Shown here: in pieces, positions 9,258 to 18,848 of the stretch
Layout of the letters: each line of letters begins with the position of its first letter
Numbering within the stretch: position 1 is the first letter of the stretch
From: a virus
Virus record (IMG/VR): IMGVR_UViG_3300019487_000022
Span: 25,241-89,240 of that record
Strand: one strand, 5' to 3'
Length of the DNA stretch: 64,000 bases
Translations under genes and position numbers: made by a program
Notes under the pieces: model-generated
The model's input: the letters and a program-made list of their open reading frames with translations, nothing else
Told to the model about the DNA's origin: nothing
Databases searched by the model: none

Positions 9258-10490
9258 CTAGGTTTTAGTTTCTGGAGAAAAGGTTTCTGGTATTCCAAAT
9301 ATCGTTTGATTTACCAGCCTTTTTGTTTTATTTTTAGATTTTGTTTCTTTAATAAATTTATTTAAGTTTGCGTCTTCATAATCCGCTGGTACTAAATAAC
9401 TAACGAGAGAAGGACGTGTAATTACCATACCGATTGTTTCAAAACAAACCAAACCTACTTTAAGATTTGGGATATTACGATCAGGATAAGTTTTTAAAGG
9501 CAAAGCAGTTTTAAAATTACCCAATTGCTTAGGGTCTCCGCTGAATAATATTCCGCCTGGATTCATATACCTTGAAACCAAAATATCTGCATCTTTGTAT
9601 TTTCCAAAACTATATTTAGGACCGACGCCTTTCATAAGATCTAAGTTATTTACTTTTGAAAAATCCCAGTCTTTCCCACGATATGTTCTCATTTCTGCGT
9701 AGTCTAATGTATGACATATCATGTATTTAACTTGGATCTGTTCGTTTACTGCATTATAAGATTTTGCAATTAAATTCTCAGTTATTCCGCCTGTGTATTC
9801 TATTATATTTTTTGAAATATAAGCAGAGGCTCGTAACATAAAGAAAAGATGAGAATTTTCACATTGTGCAATAGATTCGCAGGTTATTGCAGAAAGACGA
9901 CGAAAAACAGACGATCTATTATGTTCTAAGTCCGATATTTTCAAAGTGGGTCTTGCAGCAATTTGTACTGGTAATGGAAAAATTTCTTTTACATCTTTTA
10001 TAACGTGAGCTGAATCCCCTTCTAAAACCAATACCGGAGAATTAGTTACTATTGGAATAGCTGCAAAATTGTGTACCGTTTCTGTTTCATCTTCCTTTTT
10101 GTCTTCTTCTGAATTTAGAACTATCATAGGAAGTGATAAACTTCTAATTTTCTTATGGTATGATTCATTTATTTTATTTTGGATTGATGAAGGTTTTATA
10201 TCCAATAACTCTTTTATATCATCTATATTTAAATCTTTTAGTATATCTGAAAAGTTATTATGAAATCTTATTTCAGAGTGATTTATTTCGTTCGTATCAG
10301 AATCTGTGCTTTCTTTTGGTAAATTATTTTTAATATCATTTGCATAAATTTCGACACAACTGCGAATTAAATCTACATAAGATATATCCATATTTCTTTG
10401 AAATGATAACTTTCTTGCCTCTTGTTGTATTAAAGCAATTGTTTCTGGTAAAAACCTCATTGTTATAGGTTGCAACTCTGATTCATTCAT
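9258..10490 (-). CDS. Major-capsid-protein paralog with an N-terminal ribbon-helix-helix-like domain
   Basis: The C-terminal ~230 aa align by eye with the MCP at 27764-28648. The N-terminus ITMRFLPETIALIQQEARKLS...ISYVDLIRSCVE fits an RHH strand-helix-helix pattern. Confidence 0.7.
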   Translation of the reverse strand: MNESELQPITMRFLPETIALIQQEARKLSFQRNMDISYVDLIRSCVEIYANDIKNNLPKESTDSDTNEINHSEIRFHNNFSDILKDLNIDDIKELLDIKPSSIQNKINESYHKKIRSLSLPMIVLNSEEDKKEDETETVHNFAAIPIVTNSPVLVLEGDSAHVIKDVKEIFPLPVQIAARPTLKISDLEHNRSSVFRRLSAITCESIAQCENSHLFFMLRASAYISKNIIEYTGGITENLIAKSYNAVNEQIQVKYMICHTLDYAEMRTYRGKDWDFSKVNNLDLMKGVGPKYSFGKYKDADILVSRYMNPGGILFSGDPKQLGNFKTALPLKTYPDRNIPNLKVGLVCFETIGMVITRPSLVSYLVPADYEDANLNKFIKETKSKNKTKRLVNQTIFGIPETFSPETKT

Positions 10491-10500
10491 ATTCTTCTCC

Positions 10501-10523
10501 GATTACAAGATTACACGATTACA
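10501..10523 (-). promoter_or_regulatory. Three GATTACA direct repeats at 8-bp period, candidate operator
   Basis: GATTACA at 10501-07, 10509-15 and 10517-23, directly upstream of the GGAGAAG RBS of the RHH-MCP gene. Confidence 0.55.
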
Positions 10524-10583
10524 TTTTTATATCGTTATATTATTGACAATTAATTTAATATAGTGTAAATAACTTCTATTAAT

Positions 10584-10883
10584 ATGGTAGCGGTTTCATC
10601 TATATTCTATAAAGTATACTTAGATATTCCCTTATCTGAGGCTAGAAAATCTGCGCAATTGGCTTATATAGTAAATCCAGATTGCTTTGCTATTTATGTA
10701 ACTCGTTCAGGGCATGCTACTTGGAAAAGAAATAACGATTCTTATGGGATGGAAGGTGGTTGGATTTGGCCATTAAAAGCAAAAATAAACTTTTATAGCG
10801 GGTCTTTTGGTCATGTTACGGAGCGTCAAGCAGTTTTAAATGCTTTATCTAACTTCTTTTCTATTAACTTTCGGTCTGCTTAA
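10584..10883 (+). CDS. Hypothetical protein
   Basis: 99-aa ATG ORF divergent from RHH-MCP; TTGACA at 10543-48 upstream. Confidence 0.5.
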   Translation: MVAVSSIFYKVYLDIPLSEARKSAQLAYIVNPDCFAIYVTRSGHATWKRNNDSYGMEGGWIWPLKAKINFYSGSFGHVTERQAVLNALSNFFSINFRSA

Positions 10884-10887
10884 ACTA

Positions 10888-13248
10888 TTATTGTTTTGGA
10901 TGTTTAAGTATGTGTAGCTCATTTTTGGCGCGAGTATATGCAATATATTTTGCATTAGCCTCTTGTCCTAATTCTTCTTCAGATTTAGCTTTTGGATGAG
11001 GAAATAACTCATTATGTAATATAAACACTCTATTAAATTCTAATCCTTTTGAACGGTGAGCGCTTGTTAAAGTGATAAAAGATGCTGGATCCTTTTTCTT
11101 TAAAACACCAGCGCCTTCAACCGTGTCGATATTGATGCCAGCGAATCTTTGTTTTAAATAAGATATAAATGAATTAGTATCTCTAATAACAAAATTAAGT
11201 CTGCGGTCAATGAAATTTGTTCCTCTTAAATGCTCTACAATATGCGAAATGGATGCAGAAATGTCTTGCATTTCTTTTAATTCATCTGATTTGCTTAATT
11301 TACCAGCCCACTTCTGTTCCACATCAGTCATAAATCTATCAATTTCTCGCGTAAAACCAGATATCGGAATGTTCTTTGCAAACCTGCCTTTGCCTGTAAT
11401 CATTTCTACAAATCCAACTAACTCTTGAGAGAAATCACGACCTATAATCGCAAATTCCATATCATTTTTCATTAATTCTAATGCAGCATCAACAAGCGGT
11501 CTATTTGTTCTGGATATAAATGCTGTTTGGTCTTTTAATTTATTACCTTGTTTCCATTCGTTAAATAAATTACCCAAAGCTTCATCATACATTGTGCCAT
11601 TTGTTACCGAACCAGTATGCTTAGCACCAGCAACCAAGTTTTTAACATGGGTATTTTGATTTACAAAATCAATAATTGCCGTTCCACAACGATAATTAGC
11701 AGGTAATTCATGTAATTTACTAGCTTGAGCAGTCCCTTGAATAGTAGTTTGAATGTTATCAAATGCTTTGGCGTCTGCCCCTCTAAACATATAAATTGCT
11801 TGATTTGGATCACCTACTGCAACTACACGAGACTGAGCTTTCAATAAATTCTCTATCATCTTCATCTGGCATTTGTTGAAATCTTGGACTTCATCAGCTA
11901 ATACTACATCATATTTAGGCCAAATTAGATTAGGATTTAATGCAGTATACCATAATGTGTCATCCTGATCCCTAAAGCCCTGGAAATCTGGATTTATAGC
12001 GTTATTCGGCAAACAATAATGTAAAACATCTAATGTTTTATCAATTAGCCTGTTAGCCCAATTAACGTTGCTAGTATGACGTTCTGTAGATAAGTCTGTA
12101 TCAATTTGATATTGCTTTATAATACTTTCTATTAACGATGCAGCTTTGGCATCTTGAGGATCTATTGCATACGCCTTACTTAACGATGCTAATCTTTTAA
12201 TAGTTCTTTTTGCAGCAAAACGAACTTGACGTGGAAAAATATTATCTTCTTCCATAATTTCATCAAGAATGGCATTTATGCGTTCGCCCTTCTGGTTCCA
12301 AATATCTGTGGCAGGAGCCACGCTTTTTTGAGCATTTGTATTCAATAACTCACCGAGGAAAGAGTGACTAGTTTTGACTTCTACACCATTTGGAAAAGCA
12401 CCATCACCTGTTGAAGCTTCAACTTGATTCTTCTTATTAAAGACTAAGTATAACCATCTTGCACTAGGATCTTTAAATGATGCCAAGTGTCTTAATTGGG
12501 TTGTTTTCCCCGTACCAGCTAAAGCATTAATAACTATACTATCATTTGTTTGTAAAAATGTATTTTCAATCGCCTTATTATAAGGACTCATTCTGCTTTC
12601 TGGCATCCTGCCTGGAACAATATTTTCTTCTTCAACTTTTTGTTCTTCAATAATTCTCTGATCTTCAGGTTGTTCATTGTCAAAAAATGTAAATAAGGCA
12701 ACAGGATCTGTCCCTGTCAAAGGTTTACCTTGTGTATCTCGTATGGATTTAACTAAATTTTTAATGTTGCTTGCCGGGAATACACCTTCATTACCAGAAC
12801 GATCTAACCATATCCATTGATTACCATCTATTGATTTAGTTACGACTACAGGAGCATTGTCACTTATACGTTTTGACAATACCCATGTTGGAGCGCCTGG
12901 TTGGACATTCTTATTAAACCAATTTCCGCCTGTTTGTTGAGGAACAGCAGTAGGATTATTTACCGCTGGTGATGGTGAATTAATTGGTTGAGTTATTGGT
13001 TGCTGAGGGGTTTTGAATGGGATGCCAAATGATTGCAGAAGGCTTAAGGCAATAGGATTATTAGGTATTTGATCATATTGTGATTTCCAAATTCTATTTT
13101 TATCATCCCAACGGAAGCCAGCTTGAAACAGTTGTGACCTGGATTCATATGTACCATTTCCGAATAGTCCCAGATATTTTAGACCATCTGTATCCGTAAA
13201 AACTCTACTGTTTATGTTTGCAGCCATTATCTCTTTAAACCAGTTCAT
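10888..13248 (-). CDS. UvrD/Rep-like superfamily 1 helicase with N-terminal extension
   Basis: ALAGTGKTT, LVFNKK, LADEVQD, VGDPNQAIYMFRGAD, NYRC, SAHRSKGLEF and YIAYTRAK. Start moved to the ATG at 13248 (MNWFKE). Confidence 0.92.
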   Translation of the reverse strand: MNWFKEIMAANINSRVFTDTDGLKYLGLFGNGTYESRSQLFQAGFRWDDKNRIWKSQYDQIPNNPIALSLLQSFGIPFKTPQQPITQPINSPSPAVNNPTAVPQQTGGNWFNKNVQPGAPTWVLSKRISDNAPVVVTKSIDGNQWIWLDRSGNEGVFPASNIKNLVKSIRDTQGKPLTGTDPVALFTFFDNEQPEDQRIIEEQKVEEENIVPGRMPESRMSPYNKAIENTFLQTNDSIVINALAGTGKTTQLRHLASFKDPSARWLYLVFNKKNQVEASTGDGAFPNGVEVKTSHSFLGELLNTNAQKSVAPATDIWNQKGERINAILDEIMEEDNIFPRQVRFAAKRTIKRLASLSKAYAIDPQDAKAASLIESIIKQYQIDTDLSTERHTSNVNWANRLIDKTLDVLHYCLPNNAINPDFQGFRDQDDTLWYTALNPNLIWPKYDVVLADEVQDFNKCQMKMIENLLKAQSRVVAVGDPNQAIYMFRGADAKAFDNIQTTIQGTAQASKLHELPANYRCGTAIIDFVNQNTHVKNLVAGAKHTGSVTNGTMYDEALGNLFNEWKQGNKLKDQTAFISRTNRPLVDAALELMKNDMEFAIIGRDFSQELVGFVEMITGKGRFAKNIPISGFTREIDRFMTDVEQKWAGKLSKSDELKEMQDISASISHIVEHLRGTNFIDRRLNFVIRDTNSFISYLKQRFAGINIDTVEGAGVLKKKDPASFITLTSAHRSKGLEFNRVFILHNELFPHPKAKSEEELGQEANAKYIAYTRAKNELHILKHPKQ

Positions 13249-13324
13249 TACTGTATCCACTTTAATCAAAGTTAATACAGTTTAAATTCGTCTTTTTTAC
13301 TGGTTCCCCTTTGTTTTTAAAAAC

Positions 13325-13360
13325 AGAAGACCCCTGCCGACAATGGTTCAGGGGTCTTCT
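13325..13360 (-). terminator. Rho-independent terminator
   Basis: Perfect 12-bp stem AGAAGACCCCTG/CAGGGGTCTTCT followed by GTTTTT on the minus strand, just after the stop at 13392. Confidence 0.75.
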
Positions 13361-13391
13361 TCAGGGAAGGAGGCTCAGGAGATATATTTAA

Positions 13392-14162
13392 TTATTTGGA
13401 AGCCTCTAATTTTTCTTCTGGCAATAGGAATTGTTCTTCTTCCATTCCATACAGTCTAGTGATGGGTTTCCCTTCGATAAAGTTCATCAGTGCAGCCTGA
13501 GTTTTACGATATACTTCTGCTCTAAATGGGCCAGAATGGTTGTTATTTTTAAGCAAGAATTCTCGTAAAGTTATAGCTGCCTGATCTTTAGGAGATTCAA
13601 TCAATCCAGTATCCAAAACGGTAAGGAATTTGGATAAAATATCATGATCGACACTATACCATGCTCTTGCTAAAGCGGCAGAAACCGGAACGCGAGAAAC
13701 ATTCTTGCGTTTCAGCTTAGTAGTAACAAAATTAATTGCATCCTTGTGTCTTTCATAGAATGCGATTTGTTCTGCACGGGGCATATCCCGTTTCAAATCT
13801 TTATATTCTAAAATGTAGTTTGCGATACCCAATTGTGCGTAGCCAACATCCAAACCCATTAATTGTGCTACGTCTTTTGTATTGCGAGATGCGCCTTCAT
13901 CGATACGGGGCAACGAGCTTTTCTTCATCCCAAAGACAACAATGGCTTCAACTGAAATCTTTGCTTCAGAAACGGCTAAAAGACGATGTTGACCATCTGC
14001 CAATGTTCCGTCTTCGTAAAAGCCAATACCATTGTTGATAACTTCCCAATTACCTGAAATGATGTCTTTGATATACTTTGAGATTCTATCGGGGCGAATG
14101 TCTCTATTCAAAGTATTTCGCTGACAGATGATATCCCATGCCCAATCGGGCGTAATAGTCAT
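13392..14162 (-). CDS. ParB/Srx-like (DGQHR motif) protein
   Basis: NRDIR...YIKDIISGNW...IGFYEDGTLADGQHRLLAV. Confidence 0.75.
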   Translation of the reverse strand: MTITPDWAWDIICQRNTLNRDIRPDRISKYIKDIISGNWEVINNGIGFYEDGTLADGQHRLLAVSEAKISVEAIVVFGMKKSSLPRIDEGASRNTKDVAQLMGLDVGYAQLGIANYILEYKDLKRDMPRAEQIAFYERHKDAINFVTTKLKRKNVSRVPVSAALARAWYSVDHDILSKFLTVLDTGLIESPKDQAAITLREFLLKNNNHSGPFRAEVYRKTQAALMNFIEGKPITRLYGMEEEQFLLPEEKLEASK

Positions 14163-14462
14163 TTTGACAGGGTGAGGGAAATCTTAATTCGATTTGTCAA
14201 CCGTAATCCAATTGTTATCTTTGAAGATTACAACCGGATCTCGTACAGCTTGCGGAGCGTTGCTATGCTGAAGATGTTTATTATTGCGGAATTCTTCTGA
14301 GGCTTTCTCGATAGCCTTATGCAGCTCTCCGCTCTTCGTAAATCTCCATCGCCGACCCATAACAAGTCTCCTTTGTTGTCTTTTCTAGGATTATAAAATT
14401 TCTCACTGGAGAAACTTAAAATCCTTCTTCTACGTCTCTGATTTTGTCTAGCCCACATTTAT

Positions 14463-15014
14463 ATGTACCTGGAGAGGTCAATCTGTGCATCTCCAGCGGA
14501 ATATTTTAAAAATTTATTTGATTTCATGAAGACTTTAAATTCTTGGGAAGATTTACGTCAATACTTAAATGAAATTCACGAGAAAGAACCTGACAAATTA
14601 AAATTACCTGTTCAGGCTGGCAATCCTTCTCCAATGGAAGCAGAGCCTGTTGAAATGGAAGTAGGTGTTTGTATTGGCACATTTGATGAAATGGAGTTCT
14701 ACGCTGCGCGTTCTATCACTAATAATCAATTTAACCCAAATGAATTATGTATCCTACTAGATGGTAATCCATTTGGTAAAGATGGCGCAATCGCTTATCA
14801 GTTGGACCCTAACGATAAGAGCGAAGACAATTTTTTTGGCGAAAAAAATCCTATTTATTCTAAAACAATAGGAAAAACCCCTATTGAAACTCAATTAAAT
14901 CCCAAATTACAAATTATCAAAGACGAAATACGTGATAAAAAACGGGATAAATTTTTCGGTAAAGCATGTGAAATAGAAATAATAAAAAATAGAATTGATA
15001 ACTCTAAACTATAA
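14463..15014 (+). CDS. Hypothetical protein
   Basis: 183-aa ORF with protein-like composition; no motif recognised. Confidence 0.55.
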   Translation: MYLERSICASPAEYFKNLFDFMKTLNSWEDLRQYLNEIHEKEPDKLKLPVQAGNPSPMEAEPVEMEVGVCIGTFDEMEFYAARSITNNQFNPNELCILLDGNPFGKDGAIAYQLDPNDKSEDNFFGEKNPIYSKTIGKTPIETQLNPKLQIIKDEIRDKKRDKFFGKACEIEIIKNRIDNSKL

Positions 15015-15029
15015 TTAAGGTTAATATTT

Positions 15030-15425
15030 ATGAAATGGACACATCAAATTTACCAATCTGGAACACAAATTGTAATATCAGATAATCCTAATTTCCCGCA
15101 TTTTTATGTATATGGTCCAAAAGCAACTGGACCATATGATGAAGAGGGATGTTGCTTAACTAGCTTAAAGATAAGATATTCAATGTGTAAAGATATAGTA
15201 GAATATCTAAATGAAGGTAAAAAACCAGATTGGTTCAATAAAATGAACAGAGTGAGTGAAACAGTTTTAAGTGCAGACGATGGTTGTATGGTTTTTACAA
15301 CTGGTCCTTATTACGATGCTAATCCTCCACATTTAAAATGGGATTTAAAAGAGGATGAGGAAAGTAAAAACCGTAGAAAAGGATTAATAGATTTTCTTCA
15401 GGATCAAAATAAAACTATACAATAG
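15030..15425 (+). CDS. Hypothetical protein
   Basis: 131-aa ATG ORF with TAAGG upstream. Confidence 0.6.
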   Translation: MKWTHQIYQSGTQIVISDNPNFPHFYVYGPKATGPYDEEGCCLTSLKIRYSMCKDIVEYLNEGKKPDWFNKMNRVSETVLSADDGCMVFTTGPYYDANPPHLKWDLKEDEESKNRRKGLIDFLQDQNKTIQ

Positions 15426-15774
15426 CTATTACGCCGGTTTCTCTTCTAGATCTTCTTTTGTATATTACAAATTGCTTGATATCTTTACTAAATATCTTTT
15501 TTGCGTAACCATTCATGGTTTCTAAGTGAAAATCAATATTTTCTAAATTTGTGTGCATAAAAACACTTAAACTGTTATTATATTTGCAATATAGACTATT
15601 AACGGAATCGAAATTATATAGATAAAATCCTTCTCTGTTTTGATAAGATAATCTTATAAAATTGCTATTTAAAATCTTATTTATATTCTGTATCTTATGT
15701 TTTACAATTTTATCTACAGGTTGATTTTTTGGAACTTCCGGCAATTCAATATGTTTTATTAATTCTATTCTCAT
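15415..15774 (-). CDS. Hypothetical protein
   Basis: 119-aa ORF in a tightly packed minus-strand run. Confidence 0.5.
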   Translation of the reverse strand: MRIELIKHIELPEVPKNQPVDKIVKHKIQNINKILNSNFIRLSYQNREGFYLYNFDSVNSLYCKYNNSLSVFMHTNLENIDFHLETMNGYAKKIFSKDIKQFVIYKRRSRRETGVIAIV

Positions 15775-16120
15775 ATTTTATCTCAAAATTTTGATTATAA
15801 TTTAGTGATAAACACTGTTTAGTGATTGGATATCTATTAAAATTAATATCCCCATATCTAGTCATCATGCCTTCAACAACAATATTTTCTTCTGTATCTT
15901 TATCATTTTTTATCTGTATGACACAGTGAATTATTCCATTATCATTACACGTAACATCTATAGCATTTTTCCAATCCGCTAGACCACAACGAGCCTCAAT
16001 AATCTGATTGATTTTATTTCGAGTAATATAAACAATGATATCTTTATCTACATCATTTGATGGAGCAACATGAGTATAGGTATTCCTACCATCTTCAGAT
16101 TTTGTTTGTGTAATTTGCAT
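15746..16120 (-). CDS. Hypothetical protein
   Basis: 124-aa ORF with AGGA upstream. Confidence 0.55.
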   Translation of the reverse strand: MQITQTKSEDGRNTYTHVAPSNDVDKDIIVYITRNKINQIIEARCGLADWKNAIDVTCNDNGIIHCVIQIKNDKDTEENIVVEGMMTRYGDINFNRYPITKQCLSLNYNQNFEIKYENRINKTY

Positions 16121-16130
16121 AAAGTTCCTA

Positions 16131-16553
16131 TTAAGGTAAATACATTGGAAATACTTTTTGTCCAGATTTAATCTTATCCCGCAATTCTTTACATAGATGT
16201 TTATCTAAAATCTCATCTGGTTTATATGCTTTTATTTCAATACTTGATGGATGTACGTGAGGAAACTTTTTCCACTTATCTGCACATTTTTCAGCTTCCT
16301 CATATGTTTTAAATTCGGTATGAATTGAAAAAGGCGTACCAAATTTATTTTGTTGTTTTGCCATCAACTCGTCAAATACCCATTTATCTTCTTCTTGAGT
16401 TTCTCCCAGCTCGTACTTCCATCCTAGCCTATAATAGCCACTGACTTTATATATGTCTGGAAAAGATTCTGGTGAAGGTAAATTATCCCAATCTTCATTT
16501 GGATATCTTTCTTCTAAATCTTTTAAAAAGTCTTCGTCTGTCATATTCGCCAT
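16131..16553 (-). CDS. Hypothetical protein
   Basis: 140-aa ATG ORF. Confidence 0.6.
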   Translation of the reverse strand: MANMTDEDFLKDLEERYPNEDWDNLPSPESFPDIYKVSGYYRLGWKYELGETQEEDKWVFDELMAKQQNKFGTPFSIHTEFKTYEEAEKCADKWKKFPHVHPSSIEIKAYKPDEILDKHLCKELRDKIKSGQKVFPMYLP

Positions 16554-16569
16554 AATCTCAGTACCTTAA

Positions 16570-16887
16570 TTACAATCTTCCCTTATTTGCAAGGCTATCA
16601 AATGGTATTTGTACATACCATTTATCAGTTGCAAAAACATACACATTTATAAGTTGATACGCAACATTATTGCCATAAATACTACATAAACCATTTACTA
16701 TGGCTTGTCTGTCATTATGAGTCAGAGTCCATGTTTCTATGTTTAGCCCTTCAATCCTTTTCCAACCATAATCACGAAGTGCTACTTGTCTACTATCTGA
16801 TGAATTGTGAGGAAGGCAAAAATCCACTGCACCAGTATGACCACCGATACCTTCTGCTTTAATAGCATCCCCTGTTTTGTTATCCAA
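16570..16887 (-). CDS. Hypothetical protein, start uncertain
   Basis: 105-aa TTG-start ORF; an out-of-frame ATG (MYQGEFWI) lies just upstream. Confidence 0.4.
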   Translation of the reverse strand: MDNKTGDAIKAEGIGGHTGAVDFCLPHNSSDSRQVALRDYGWKRIEGLNIETWTLTHNDRQAIVNGLCSIYGNNVAYQLINVYVFATDKWYVQIPFDSLANKGRL

Positions 16888-16907
16888 AATTCGCCTTGAT
16901 ACATAAA

Positions 16908-17066
16908 TTTAATCGATGGGATTCGAACCTATAATTCCGGTGATTTAGCACCAGCGTGTTGCCAATTAATAATCGTTTACTTTCCGTCGTGATAATGATC
17001 ACTCTCACGATTTACTGATAAATGATTCCGCATAAGACAGTTTTGGCTGTCGCGCACTACGATTAA
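16908..17066 (-). tRNA. Degenerate tRNA-like gene with an 86-nt insertion in the D arm and a non-canonical anticodon loop
   Basis: Acceptor TTAATCG/CGATTAA; D arm GTG..T AATTGGCA ACAC; anticodon stem CTGGT/ACCGG with 8-nt loop GCTAAATC; T arm ATAGG TTCGAAT CCCAT; no encoded CCA. Confidence 0.55.
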
Positions 17067-17188
17067 ACCTTTCATTCACTAAATAAATCATCGTCTCCAG
17101 TAACGTACTGTACAACAAATATTGGTTTAAACTGGGCAGCAGGAGATAAAGCCTGTAATATTATAAGGTAAAATAAATCACAAATTAT

Positions 17189-17509
17189 ATGATTCAGATA
17201 CTTAATGGCATTGCGGAATTGCCACTTTATACTACAAATAAACAAATAATTGATGTTATAAAACATCGAGCATTCTTTCAAGCATACATGGTATGCCCAG
17301 GATGGAAAGAACGAATTGCAGTTTTTATTCTTGCAACAAAGATTCTTGGATACGCTGATGTAACAAAATATAGTAAACTTCCTGTTATTGTTTCTTTGTG
17401 TAAACTCTCTCCGGCAGAAAAAGAGAATGTTTCTAAATACTTTAATGACCGCAATATACCAATAACAGACATGGACTTTAGCGATTATGCTGAATCGGTG
17501 ATGTTCTAA
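17189..17509 (+). CDS. Hypothetical protein
   Basis: 106-aa ORF whose stop overlaps the next start (TAATG). Confidence 0.55.
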   Translation: MIQILNGIAELPLYTTNKQIIDVIKHRAFFQAYMVCPGWKERIAVFILATKILGYADVTKYSKLPVIVSLCKLSPAEKENVSKYFNDRNIPITDMDFSDYAESVMF

Positions 17510-17922
17510 TGAAAGTAAACCTTATAATTCTTCTGTGGGCGGCGGGATTATCACTACTAATAGTGGGTATAATATATCTTTTGACAAATTATTTTGCTCA
17601 ATCTAAAAATCGAAAAAAATACACAAAATACAAATCAATTATAAATCGCAAATTTGGCGAAATAAATACTCTAAAAGGGCTAAATGATCTTGAAAAAGAG
17701 CTTAGATTCTGGATACTCAGTGCTATGATGTCTAATCTCTACTTTAAACAGCATGAAGATTTAGATGATGTTGCTGCGGCTACCCACGAAATGTCTGATA
17801 TTATTCCTGCTTCAATGATATCTGAATACGCAAGAGAATTAGAGCTAACACAAGAACAAGTAAAAGAAAAATGGCAAGAAGTTGTTGATGAAGTTGAGTA
17901 TGAATTTAACAACCTTACTTAA
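17509..17922 (+). CDS. Membrane-anchored hypothetical protein
   Basis: N-terminal hydrophobic stretch LIILLWAAGLSLLIVGIIYLL. Confidence 0.6.
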   Translation: MKVNLIILLWAAGLSLLIVGIIYLLTNYFAQSKNRKKYTKYKSIINRKFGEINTLKGLNDLEKELRFWILSAMMSNLYFKQHEDLDDVAAATHEMSDIIPASMISEYARELELTQEQVKEKWQEVVDEVEYEFNNLT

Positions 17923-17935
17923 AGGAGAAAACATA

Positions 17936-18187
17936 ATGGAAATCAAGCGTTCTAAAGGTTTTGCCAATCTTCCGGTAGATGAGCATAGGCGTATTTGCGC
18001 TTTAGGAGGGAAAAGAGCGCATGAATTAGGCGTAGCTCACAAATTTACGACACAAGAAGCCGCAGATGCTGGACGTAAGGGCGGATTTAAAGTTTCTACT
18101 AATAAAGAACATATGAGACGAATCGGAGCTCTTGGCGGGAAAAAGAGTGCATTAAAACGTAGGACTGCGATTAAACTTCCTCAATAA
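17936..18187 (+). CDS. KGG-repeat general stress protein-like
   Basis: KGFANL...ALGGKRAH...AHKFTTQEAADAGRKGG...IGALGGKK; AAGGAG RBS before the ATG at 17936. Confidence 0.75.
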   Translation: MEIKRSKGFANLPVDEHRRICALGGKRAHELGVAHKFTTQEAADAGRKGGFKVSTNKEHMRRIGALGGKKSALKRRTAIKLPQ

Positions 18188-18198
18188 GGATATTTAAA

Positions 18199-18531
18199 AT
18201 GATAAGGATGGTTTCTTTACCTGAGATAGATATAGAGATACTTGTAAATCCTAATGGATCAATCAAATTGGACGAAAAAGGCAGGACTGTTTATGAAATA
18301 AAAGAACTGAATTTGAGATGGTTTAATCTTTATGCAGTTCAAACAGTTTATGCGCATTCAGAAACATCCTCAGATAAGCCTGTTTCTGTGGTAGTATTAA
18401 ACAATGGTAGTTTTCTAACAAGAGGCACACCTGAAGAAGTATCAAAAAATCTCAATAATATGTCTTTTATGATATATTCTGATGATTTGCCTATGATTCA
18501 ACCACCTGCTAAAATCATTGAGGCTCGTTAA
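18199..18531 (+). CDS. Hypothetical protein
   Basis: 110-aa ORF with TAAGGA upstream. Confidence 0.55.
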   Translation: MIRMVSLPEIDIEILVNPNGSIKLDEKGRTVYEIKELNLRWFNLYAVQTVYAHSETSSDKPVSVVVLNNGSFLTRGTPEEVSKNLNNMSFMIYSDDLPMIQPPAKIIEAR

Positions 18532-18833
18532 TGCTAAACAATAATATTGAGACTATTAAAAAGAAAAAGACTCTCATGAATGTTCTTCGCAGATGGGAAT
18601 GGTGGATGGATGAAGGACAACCACCTTATAGTTATAAATCTCCTTCTAATAACAAAGAACCACAATATAAATACGATCCATATCATGATGGATTGAATAA
18701 AACAAACGATACTTACGAATTCTCTATACAGGTTTACGACTCACCAGAGCAAGATATATGGTGGGAAGGTAAATTTAGGGTCATTAACAATGTAGACGTA
18801 GAAATCCTGGAAGAACACTATTCCAATAGATGA
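18531..18833 (+). CDS. Hypothetical protein
   Basis: 100-aa ORF coupled to the previous gene (TAATG). Confidence 0.55.
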   Translation: MLNNNIETIKKKKTLMNVLRRWEWWMDEGQPPYSYKSPSNNKEPQYKYDPYHDGLNKTNDTYEFSIQVYDSPEQDIWWEGKFRVINNVDVEILEEHYSNR

Positions 18834-18848
18834 AGGTTCTTTTAAATC

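Noticed and set aside
14228-14458. 76-aa minus-strand ORF (and similarly 26997-27233)
   Set aside because: Weak starts and atypical composition; coding status is unsupported.
16570-16905. Frameshifted N-terminus (MYQGEFWI) for the 105-aa ORF
   Set aside because: Plausible, but there is no clear slippery site and no homologue evidence available.
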